Shown here in pieces: positions 53,046-64,000 of a DNA stretch of 64,000 bases (position 1 is the stretch's first letter; each line of letters starts with the position of its first letter). The position numbers and the translations under genes are program-made. The DNA is from Octopus sinensis (Eukaryota). Below the pieces are notes generated by a model. It was given only the letters and a program-made list of their open reading frames with translations, ran no database searches and was not told the DNA's origin. The DNA lies in assembly GCF_006345805.1 (NCBI RefSeq), contig NC_042997.1, positions 156,860,001 to 156,924,000 of the forward strand, written 5' to 3'.

Positions 53046-53555
53046 TCTATATATATAAAACTGTAGTTGTGTGAGTGTCTGTCCCCTTCGATTTAGATTC
53101 CTAACTACTCCCACATTTTGCGGTGCAGTTTAACCAAATTCGGGTATCTTATAGTCGTGATTAATATCGAGCCCGTCTGAGTATTAGCGCACGTCTACGA
53201 TGAGTCTACGATTTAAAAAATAATTTAACATAATTTTTTATTCCATTTTAATGCATAATTTTTCGTGTGTCGATGGCGGCGGAGTTGGCGTCCATGGTCA
53301 CACCTGCACCTGTTTGCTTCTCCCCCTTCTTCCCTCTCTCGTGAAGCTGTGGGGAAGGGAGTGTAAGGAAATCAATGTCGTAAAGCGTTGTCAAGGAGAC
53401 CAGCGTTCTTTTAGAACAACTTCATGGCTTGAAGACACCAAAACAGAAATGGCTAAGAAAGCCCGAATTGGCATCTATAAGGGAAGTAACTCTCTAAAAA
53501 TGCTTATATAGTTATTTCCCTTACAAACCCGAGCAACGCCGGGCAATACTGCTAG
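53046..53555 (+). mobile_element. Non-autonomous Helitron (same family as 51741-52139)
   Basis: A|TCtatatatataaaa ... cccgagcaacgccggg ... CTAG|T. Confidence 0.88.
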
Positions 53556-54513
53556 TCTATGATATAAAAGCAGCAAACCAAACACTGGGTAGTGAATTTA
53601 AATTTAGTAAACCAGATATAAGTCTTATAATGCTCACTGTTCTTGTAGAGAATCTACTTAAATACGTTTGTGAATAGAACAACTGGAAAATACTCCACTA
53701 AAGTCAGATGATAAAACAGAATCAGTACAAAAATTTATCAAAGAACTTAGAGAGTTCACATTGCAATAAGAGTTGGTCTTTTTATACATACATACACGTA
53801 CATACATAGAAATGCACATACATATATGTAGGTATGTATGAAAATACATTCATACATACACGCATATATATTCACAGTAAAGTAGTTGTCATTGAAGTCC
53901 AGCAGTAGAAACTATGTCAAAGCTGACCCTGGAGGATGAAACAACTTTGAAGCTCACTGGGTCCCATCAAATCATCCAACCTATGCCAGTGTCGTGCACA
54001 GGAAATGAAAAGAGGTGCACCTATCGTCCTCTCTTGTCTGCACCTGACTAGTAGTAGTCACTACAGTGATCCTGCCCTACCCTGTCACCCAGTATAAGCA
54101 GATGCTATCTGACCAACCTGGGAGTGAATTCCCTGACGTCTGTTCACAACGCTTCGGCTGGCGAAAAAAGGCTGACCTTGTCCTGTCTCTCCCGCACTTC
54201 CTCTTCTGGTCAGTCGCTTGACCATTGACACCATGGCCCTCTTCTTCCGGTTCATCCTCACAGCCAGCATGGAAAATGGATGTTAATAAATAATGAGGAG
54301 GATTATGATGATACTCACACACACACAGATGTATATATATCTCTTGCTTGGAGAACAGGTGAGGGTGGTAACAGGAAGGGTATCCAGTCATTGAAAACTT
54401 ACCACAATAAATTCCATCTGATCCATTCAAATATGGAAAAATAGATGTTAAAATCATAATGATGATGAATAAATACATGTGTGTGTGTGTGTATATATAT
54501 TTATACATATGAT

Positions 54514-54712
54514 TTAATAAACACATGGTTTAGATGTGAACTACTATAAGAAGTTTCATGTTCTAATAATACAGTAATCAGACAAGCTTGTATAGCATGC
54601 GTGTACTTTCAAAGTTAAATAGTACATGGCATGCTATACAAGCTTGTCTGATTACTGTACCATCAGAGCATGAAACTTATAGTAACTTACATTTAAATCC
54701 TGTGTTTATTAA
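54514..54712. repeat. ~200-nt hairpin with 31-bp perfect core
   Basis: tacagtaatcagacaagcttgtatagcatgc (54570-54600) pairs with gcatgctatacaagcttgtctgattactgta (54629-54659). Confidence 0.9.
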
Positions 54713-55159
54713 CTGATATTTCTCTCTTAGTGAATTGTGTACCTTTTTTTGTTGCTTCTACCAATTAGAGAAAATTACACTAGATATTATTTAGTACATA
54801 TGTATATGTTTGTGTGTGTGTGTGTGTGTGTATACAAATAATAAACAATGGATGGGAGTGAGAGCTTGATTGTATCATTTTAGAAAAACAAAACCTTTGC
54901 ACTTGCTTATATAAAAAGAAACCATTATTAGCAACTTCACTGCAGCAGATGTTGCAGCAGCTATCACCCCACCACTACCACCCTGCCATTACCATCATCA
55001 CTACTACTACAGCTGCTGCTGCTAATACCACTATCACTACTACAACTGCCACTACCACTACCACTACTATTACTAGTTCTACTAGATTGAGGTTGAAGCT
55101 TGATAGTATCTTAAAGAGGTAGAGAGAAAGAGAGATGCTCCTCTTTTAAAAGTACATAC

Positions 55160-55259
55160 CTGTATTTAGCAAATCGATGAACTTATCTTCAAAGTAATCA
55201 ATTGCTGGAAACTGTAAACCTAGCTCAAGATAAAGAACAGGTGTTGCTGCTTGGTGTAT
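55160..55259 (-). CDS. SLC26A11: SLC26A11-like exon, start of STAS domain: IHQAATPVLYLELGLQFPAIDYFEDKFIDLLNT(G)
   Basis: Acceptor cttgtgttctttacag, donor CAG|gtatgt, 100 nt, phase 0/1. GLxFPAxDY motif typical of SLC26A11 STAS; in frame with both neighbours. Confidence 0.9.
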
Positions 55260-56389
55260 CTGTAAAGAACACAAGAGGTTAAACTTGGGAAAAACCTATT
55301 TCTTTGCTCAGTAAAACCTGTTCTTGATCAAAGGCTGGAGACAAAACAAAATATGATATATTTAGAAAAAGAGGAATAAATATGATATTTTGGCCATACA
55401 GCATAGTAAAATGTTCATCTTGTACTGGGTTAATCCTTACTTGCAAAAGTTGATATTGTAGATTAGCTGTTGCTAATTCTTAACCACTATCATGACCATC
55501 ACCATCGTCAGTGCCTCAGTGCGATTCCTTATTCCTCAATACTGCCACTAATGTCTCAATTCCATCACCACCACAACCACCACAATTTTTACCATCTCCA
55601 CTGACCCATCACTATCCAACCCTTTTCTGTACTATCATCACCACTACCAATACCATAATCACTATTAAAACTGCAGCAGCAGCAGCAGTCCTCCTCCTCC
55701 TCCTCCGCTGCCGCCACCACCACCACCACCGCCACCACCACTGCTATCATCAGCACTAGCATTACTTCCTCTACTGCTTCCTACTACCACTACCACCACT
55801 CTACAGCCTTACCATCTGGCCACCAACACTACCATCACTGCTTACTTTACTATTCCACCATCTCTTCTGCTGCCACTGTCACCACCACAACCACCACCAT
55901 AACCAACCAGTGTAACCAACCATCACTATTACAACAACTTACTAAGTGAGAGAAGTAAGGAGCATTGTTAAGAGACAAAGGCAATAAAGGCAGGATCAAA
56001 TGCCGTGGTTGTTGTCTAGCCCCTGTTCAGACCTGGTTCAGCAACCCTAGGACTAAATTGTCTTTTGAGTTTCTTCCCTATATAAAATTATACAATTTTT
56101 GGCTGATATTGCTATCTGGTTGAATGACTACACAGAGGATTTCTTGTCAGGTTGTAAGAGCAATATATTTGTGTATATGCTGTTGTAAAGTGCTTGTAGC
56201 TGCTTTTATTAATCAGGGTTCTGCAAAAGGTTCCTTGGGGTTCCATGAGAAAGAGTGAGATAAACTAATAAAGAGTGAGATTGCTAATTTCATGATCATA
56301 ATATTACTAAACATGCACAACATATTGGTTATTGTAATATAGACCTCATCCTATCTAAACTATTATGTTATCAAAAAAATATAACAACC

Positions 56390-56430
<41 letters not shown>

Positions 56431-56557
56431 ATTTACCACATGAACTACAATGAAAAAATACGAGAAAGATATAATTTATAATTTTTTTGTGCAGAGGTTC
56501 CTTGAGACATGTAATTTATTTTAAGGGTTACGCAAGGGTAAAATGTTTAAGAAACAC

Positions 56558-57055
56558 TGAAAGTGACATCAGGTGATGAAGCATGAAATTTGATGGGCCT
56601 CTTTTTGGAACGGGCAGCCAGCAAGAATGAATGTGCAGACAAGGGTCTTGCATTGCATTTCTAGCTTCAGGCTGATGGTTTAGGTAGAGGGTGTCTCTGA
56701 GTGGCACAGCAAGTTCTAGTTGGCAGATGAGGAATTCCTTTCAGAGTTGTTTGCCAAAATCAAAGAAAAAGGCCCTTCTCTTGCCAAGCTGAACATTGAC
56801 AAAAGAAACACTCCCCACAAAAAAAAGGTGCCAAAATAGCTTGAAATGTAAAGGAGAAAATACTCTCTTACCTTCACTTGGTAAATGACTCCACTGACAA
56901 GCACTTGCTGTGCAACTCAGAGACACTCTCTACCCTAAAGCATTGGCCAGAAGCTAGAATATCAAAAGATCCCATCTGCATGTCCATTCTTGCTGGTTGT
57001 CTATCTAAAAAAGAGGCCAGTCAATTTGCTTCTTCACCTGACATCACTTTCTCTT
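56558..57055. repeat. Degenerate long inverted repeat (~170-bp arms), MITE-like
   Basis: 56558-56725 aligns with the reverse complement of 56890-57055 (e.g. ttctagcttc.ggc..atg.tttagg.tagag.gtgtctctgagt.gcacagcaagt). Confidence 0.7.
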
Positions 57056-57638
57056 TCACTTCAGGTGCGTCACCCACTAAACTCCTCTATCATTTCTGAC
57101 ACATTACTCACTATGTTACAGTGTTGATGAGTGAATCGTTGTTAACCAGTCAGATGGACAGAAGAGAGACTCATGTGTTGATCAATAAGTCCTCTTCTCC
57201 TGCTGCTGTTTGCAAGTAAGGTATTTGGTGGTTCAGTACATTGTCTTGAAACATTGTTCATTTGTTGTATGTTTGCTTTTCCACACTGGCATGGGTTGCA
57301 CAAACACTAGTTTGATGCAGTATTTTATGACTAGATACTCTTCCTGTGGTCTGCAGCCACAAGTTTTTCAAGTAAGGGATTATTTTTTTTATTTCACTAG
57401 ATGTCACAAGTTGAAAACTACAGGGTGCATTGTTCACAAAGCATGTGAACATGACACAGTCATTTTGCTCAAACATTGTCATGCAATGTCATGTGGGAAA
57501 AAAAACATTGATATACATGTATGCACACACACATGCACAATACATATACACACACGACTCCTGATAATTACAACATAACATGCAGTTTCAAAAAATCAAA
57601 GTCATATAGTTAAAGTTTAGTGCTTACTACTACTACTG

Positions 57639-57684
<46 letters not shown>

Positions 57685-59670
57685 ATCATCATCATCAGTT
57701 TAACATCTATGTTTCCATGTTCACATGAGTAAGACACAATTTGTTGAGATAGATTTTCAACATCCTGATGCCCTTCCTGTCACAAACCCTTGCCTGTTTT
57801 CAAGTACAGTAATATTGTCCCATGACCAGATATGTTTTCACGGAAGATTAGAATTGAAGGACACTGCTTGCATGACAGTGACACTCATTTACAACTATCA
57901 CATGAAGGCAAAGCAAGGAGAAAGTATCCCACCCCATGCTGGACTTCTTTCAGTTTCTGTCTACCAAATCCAACCACAGGCTTCAGTTAGCCAGAGGCTA
58001 TAGAAGACACTTGCTCAAGGTGCCATACAGTGAGATTGAACGCAAACCCATGTGGCTGGGAAGCACACTGCTTACAATACAGCCATGTCTGCATCTAGTC
58101 AAGCATGTTATATACCTTTTACCAACTATCTCTCATAAAAATTGAAGATTTACATTACAATCTGATTAGTTATTTCCTGTCATTTCTATCTTCAATATAT
58201 ATTACATGCCTTGCATGCATTGTAGGTACTGATGTATTCCCACTGTTTTAACATTCAGTTTTCCATGACTGCATGGGTCAGACAGAATTCAATGTAACCT
58301 TCCTTGTTTAAAATGTTAGGGTGTGATTGGAAGGAGATTTGGTTGCTTTTTTTTAGCAGGTTATGTAGCTACATAAACTCTCCTTTGTTATCATGTTGTT
58401 TAACCCAAGGTCAACCATGGTCTAACAGATTTATGCTCAAAGGCATTCCACTCAAGATTATTCTGTTCTCATAAGCATTGTGTATCAAGGACCAGATTAT
58501 TCCAATAAATCTGCTTTTTTGAAGATGGTAGAATGTAATCTGAGAGAGATTTAGCTGATATTTGTTGCAGGTTGAGCATCCTTACAATGGTTCCTTGTTA
58601 ATTTGTCCCTTGTTTTATTGTTGTTGTTGGTAGTGATGATAGAATGGACAAGGATGTAGTTATTGTTTTTGATGATAATATTTGCCACAACATTTAATCC
58701 CTCAGTATTCATATAACCCTGTCAAATGTAATATTTGTATATTTATATTCTTTTTGAATTAATCATGCATTATCTTGTAGTTTAGTGATTTTGACAATGT
58801 GGTTGTTTAGTTTTAGAATAACATTGCAGGGTTGAGGTGAGAGGCCAGATCTAGCCTGATTCAACCTAAAACAGGTTAATTAGTTTGGCCAGATACAGAT
58901 GGTTTGAATGCAAAGAGGTTAAGGCAGTGAACTATTAGCATATTAGCATATTAGCATAAGGCACAGGAGTAGCTGTGTGGTAAGTAGCTTGCTAACCAGC
59001 CACATGGTTCCGGGTTCAGTCCCACTGCGTGGCATCTTGGGCAAGTGTCTTCTGCTATAGCCCTGGGCCGACCAATGCCTTGTGAGTGGATTTGGTAGAC
59101 GGAAACTGAAAGAAGCCTGTTGTATATATGTATATATATGTATATATGTGTATTTGTCCCCCTAGCATTGCTTGACAACCGATGCTGGTGTGTTTACGTC
59201 CCCGTCACTTAGCGGTTCGGCAAAAGAGACCGATAGAATAAGTACTGGGCTTACAAAGAATAAGTCCCGCAGTCGATTTGCTCGACTAAAGGCAGTGCTC
59301 CAGCATGGCCGCAGTCAAATGACTGAAACAAGTAAAAGAGAGTAAAAGAGAATATCATGCAAAATGCTTAGTGACATTTTGTTCATTCTGAGTTTAAATT
59401 CTACCAAGGTCAGTTTTGCTTTTCATCCTTTCAGGGTTGATAAAACATCTTTTCAGTGACAACTTACTCTACTGTTAAACATTGCTGGCCCTGTGCCAAA
59501 ATCTGAAATCAATATCTGCAACAACATTGATGATGTACAAGAGTGTCAAAAACCTGTGAGATTGTGAAACAGAGCAAATATAATTAAAACACTGAAGTAG
59601 TGTAATGAGACAATAAGTGATGATATTAACAAATAGGGAGAAATAGAGAGAGGACAAGTCTATCACTTAC

Positions 59671-59742
59671 CTGGATATTTGGCCGAGATAGTGGGTATAG
59701 TAAAGTTATTAAAGACACTGCTATTCCAATTAGTATTCCATA
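59671..59742 (-). CDS. SLC26A11: SLC26A11-like anion transporter exon (last TM helix): YGILIGIAVSLITLLYPLSRPNIQ
   Basis: Acceptor ttcttttcaatattgcag, donor CAG|gtaagt, 72 nt, phase 0/0. Matches the SLC26 'YGILxGxxxSxxxLL..xRP' motif preceding STAS. Upstream exons not identified in the window. Confidence 0.9.
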
Positions 59743-59767
59743 CTGCAATATTGAAAAGAATGAATAT

Positions 59768-59816
<49 letters not shown>

Positions 59817-62069
59817 GTTGAAGTTATCTGAATATTTGACCAAAATATGGTAAGGTTATTCAAGAAAAGTTTAGAGGCATTTTGCAACCCATGTGCTTTT
59901 TGGTTCAGTTCACTAACAATATGCTCTACTGACCAATGCTTTATGAGTAAACTTGATAGATGGAAACCTGTTGTACACACACACACACACACAGATATAC
60001 ACATATATCTATGTATATGTCAAGTTACTTGTTGCATGGTCAGGTCATTGGTAGCTAAACCAGTAACCCCACCAAGCTTGCTTAGTGGGGAAGGTGATTT
60101 TTGGATACCCTGTGGGATGAAAAACAAGACTGGAGAAACTCTTGAGAGTCAATGGCTAACCAACATAGGTAGGGGGAGATGGGGGCTCATCAATCATAGT
60201 GAAGACAATCCATGTAGGAGAAGGAGAACTCTGAAATGAAAATCATTAAGTGAGGATGTGCAACCAGCTGAGATATTTTGCAAATATGTATGCAGCCGTG
60301 GGTGTGTGGTTAAGAAGTTTGCATTCCAATCACATAGTTTGCAGTTTAGTTCCACTGCATGGCACCTTGTACAAGTGTCTTCTGCTATAGCTGCAGGACA
60401 ATCAAAGTTTTGTGAGGGAATATGGTAGACAGAAACTGAAAGAAGCTCATTGTGTGTGTATATGAATATGTATGTATATATAGATATATATATTGGGTAA
60501 GTGGGTATTTTGAAAATACCAGATGGAGCGATGACTGTGCCTCGCATAGTCACAGACCTTCAAGGTGGTGCCCCAGCATGGCCACAATGAAAATGACTAA
60601 AACAAGTGAAAGGTAAATATATGTGTTTATGTATGTGTATACATGCATTTGTATCTCCTTGTCTGGACATCACAGAATAGTTATAAACAAAAGTCCCTGT
60701 CATACAAGAAAAGTCCTTTGTTTCCAGTCTTCCAGGAAAACACACCCAGCCATGGCAAAATATTACCTTGCTTGGAAACAGGTGAGGATTAGTGACAGGG
60801 AATGCATTCAGCCATAGAAAAAAAATCTGTCTGAAATAATTCTTTCTGACCCATACAGAATTCCAGAATTCTTGTCTGACCCATGCAAGCAAGGAAAAAT
60901 GGATGTCAAAACAATGATGAGGAGGAGGAGGAGGGGGAAAAGGAGGATCTATGATTGCAACCTTATGCCAGAAATTTTCATTCAATATATGAACTGATAT
61001 TACAGTTTTGTAATGCTGGAAGTTTCTATTCTACAAGAACTGGTATTGTAAGGTTATCATGCTAGAAGCTTCCATTCTACTTTACTCTAAACATATGGCA
61101 GAGTTCTCTACAGGTCATTTGGCCATCTCACATTACAAATTATCAAAGCCAGCTGCTTACTATCTAGAGGGATTCATATTGGTGTTACAAGATCCCTTTC
61201 TATCAATGGACCATAAAGCTTTTGCTCTCTCTCTCTCTCTCTGTTTTTTTTCTCTTTCCTTTTCTCTCTTTATTTTATATTCCTTAATGAATATAATTTG
61301 TTTTTGTTTCAGTTTAGAATTGATAATGATCCCATATTAATTTTTTTTTTAATACACCAGCTCTTTTTATCCAATTGCATTCTGGGTTATTACTGAGTAA
61401 ATTTTTGCTAAACTACTGCAAGAGGCTCTTAAGTGTTAAAGAAGAATGGAAGGGAGTTGTACAGAGCCGGAGTGTGAAAGAAGAAAAAGATAAAACAACA
61501 ACAGAAAATAAAAAGACAGACAAACAAACAAAATACAGAAGAATCGAGAAAATAGATGAAAAAGAAAGACAGAAAGAAAATAGAAGATGAGGAAAGCTGA
61601 AAAAGACAAACAGAAGAAAAGGGAGCATGAAGGGAAAAAAATAGCTGATAATATATTGGAATTCCCTGTAGCCATTAGTGGGGTTTAAGTGCTAATCTGA
61701 ATACAGTGTTGTTGATAGAAGCTTCCATTATTAAGGTAAGCAGATGGGGAGGTGAGCTTTAAGCAATATATGAGAATGTACATCATAGTTTAACTCTTTT
61801 GAGACCACCCTCGGTTCTGCCAATAGAGAAACCACCCTTGTTAGAGAATACATGTTTAAATCAAAGCCTTCCATCATAATCTTATTAAAAACCTTTTGTT
61901 AAGGCTATGCTACAAACAAACACTAACTTAATGATAACAAAAGAAAAACAGTTATTTTCTTAAACCCCTCCTAAATTTTGAACATTTTAAGAATTAATTG
62001 ACACAGAAAGGCAGTGCATTTGAATAGCAATATGGTCATAAAAAGTATTAAAAGCAACTCATTCTAACA

Positions 62070-62284
62070 ACACACACACATATATATATATACATACATG
62101 CATATATATATATATATTATATATATATATATATATACACACACACATATATATATACATACATACATATATATATACACACACACATATATATATATAC
62201 ATACACACACACACATATACATATATACATACACACACACATATACATACACACACACACATATACATACACACACACACAAAC

Positions 62285-62333
<49 letters not shown>

Positions 62334-62450
62334 CACACATATATATATACATACATACATATATATATATATACATATATATACATACATATATATATAC
62401 ATATATATATACATATATATATACATATGTACATACACACACACATATAT
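62070..62450. repeat. Compound (AT)/(AC) microsatellite
   Basis: Direct reading; source of several spurious ORFs. Confidence 0.95.
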
Positions 62451-62782
62451 AAAACAATACCCAGTATTTCTCTCAGAGATTCCCTTCCTTTGCTACCCAT
62501 GTTAATTCTCCTGAGTCCAGTTAATTTGTTATGGTATCATTGTAGGGGGTGGGGCCACACAGTATTTCTATTATATATATATATATATATGACATGTACA
62601 CACACACACATCATTACATAGGGATTTTATTTGTCTTAGAGGTTGGGTTTTATTTTCCTTATACTGTGAGAATTACCACTAAGGCCTTTGCTATCCTGCT
62701 GTTTGTTGGTTCGTAGAAGCTTGCCTGCATAGTTAGTTCCCAACAAATGAAATGATTTCCCACACTGTTGTCTTGCATTCTC

Positions 62783-62784
62783 AC

Positions 62785-62819
<35 letters not shown>

Positions 62820-62857
62820 TCACCACCACCAACACTACTACCATCATCATCATCATC

Positions 62858-62890
<33 letters not shown>

Positions 62891-62897
62891 GGTGGTG

Positions 62898-62944
<47 letters not shown>

Positions 62945-62957
62945 GGTGGTGGTGGTG

Positions 62958-62993
<36 letters not shown>

Positions 62994-63012
62994 GTTGTTG
63001 TTGTTGTTGTTG
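62783..63012. repeat. Compound trinucleotide microsatellite (ACT/ACC/ATC then AGT/GGT/GTT)
   Basis: Direct reading. Confidence 0.95.
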
Positions 63013-63825
63013 CAGAGACTGTTTAGCTCCATGTCTGCCCCGAAGGAGAAGACTTATGATAAAAAGAAGTATTCCATCCACGACCATCTTGCCTTTCTTT
63101 CCAGACTACAGTACGCAATGTGTCTCCTTTTTGGTAAGATGATAAGCATCTTTGATTTAAGGGATATTTAGCTGCTAATTCTACAGCTTGATTAGTAGTA
63201 GGAGTTGTTGTAATCACCGCTTTAGTTGTTGTAAACAGTTAATGAGAACAGTTAATAAGATTGAACATGGATTGAATATGAATCAATTGAATATGGAGAT
63301 ATAATAGCATCAAAATATGTGAGGATCTTATTGCCATTGTTGAGCCTTAGGTCTGCCCTGACCCAGAATACTTCTGATCCATTTCTCTGATGGTAACAAG
63401 ACCCAGTCTTTTTCTCCACTTAATACTTTAATTTTTGCTAAATTCACTTCAGGTCCTCTTGATTCCAGCTTTTATTTCCATGTCTGGAATTTCATTCCTA
63501 ATTCTATAAAAGTTAGATCATCAACATGAAAAAAAAAAAAGCTCCCAAGGGCAGCCAGTCTGTAACTCCTCTGTTCATTATGGTTAGGAGGACCATAATG
63601 AACAGAAAGAAGCAGAGGAATGATATTTTCAAACTAACTGGTTTCTGCTCAATTTCTGTTTACAGTTTCACTCACAAGGTTTTAGTTTACCTGGGGCTAT
63701 TGTAGATGATACTTGCTTCAGGTGTTGTGTTAAGAGATCAAACTGGAACAACATTGTTGCAAAGAAAACTTCTCAACCAGAGGGTCAAGGCTGCTTTCAC
63801 ATTTTGTTCCTACCTCCCACTCACT

Positions 63826-63888
<63 letters not shown>

Positions 63889-64000
63889 TCATCATCTTCA
63901 TTTAGTGTCCGCTTTCCATGCAAGCATGGGTTGGACAGTTCAACTGGGGTTTGGGAAGCCAGAAGGCTGCACCAGGCCCAGTCTGATTTGGCAATGTTTC

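Noticed and set aside
56872-57000. Strong minus-strand donor AAG|gtaaga suggesting an exon
   Set aside because: Lies in an inverted-repeat arm; the flanking exons already join in frame with the expected SLC26 spacing.

Overview
Eukaryotic, AT-rich, repeat-saturated DNA. The repeat content (tRNA-derived SINEs, RTE-LINE tails ending in (GAT)n, Penelope-like elements, Helitrons, MITEs, dense microsatellites) suggests an octopus/coleoid cephalopod genome (inference). The only well-supported protein-coding gene is the 3' part of an SLC26A11-like anion transporter on the minus strand. Five GT-AG exons (59742-59671, 55259-55160, 49518-49451, 37485-37420, 36961-36866) join in frame to give the last TM helix plus a STAS domain. 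Two further well-signalled exons (20786-20705 and 16949 onward) would add a tail ending in a PDZ-type motif (...KTTL*), but an in-frame TGA precedes them. Apart from transposon remnants, almost all ORFs in the supplied track are microsatellite or SINE artefacts. Most interesting signals: (1) several families of small Penelope-associated elements carrying minimal hammerhead-ribozyme motifs, including a foldback family with a compensatory U3-A8 core and a tRNA-headed, possibly Pol III, hammerhead element; (2) the stop/donor overlap suggesting PDZ+/PDZ- isoforms; (3) a ~335-bp near-perfect palindrome and several long intronic hairpins. Exon and ribozyme coordinates were counted by hand; repeat boundaries are approximate.
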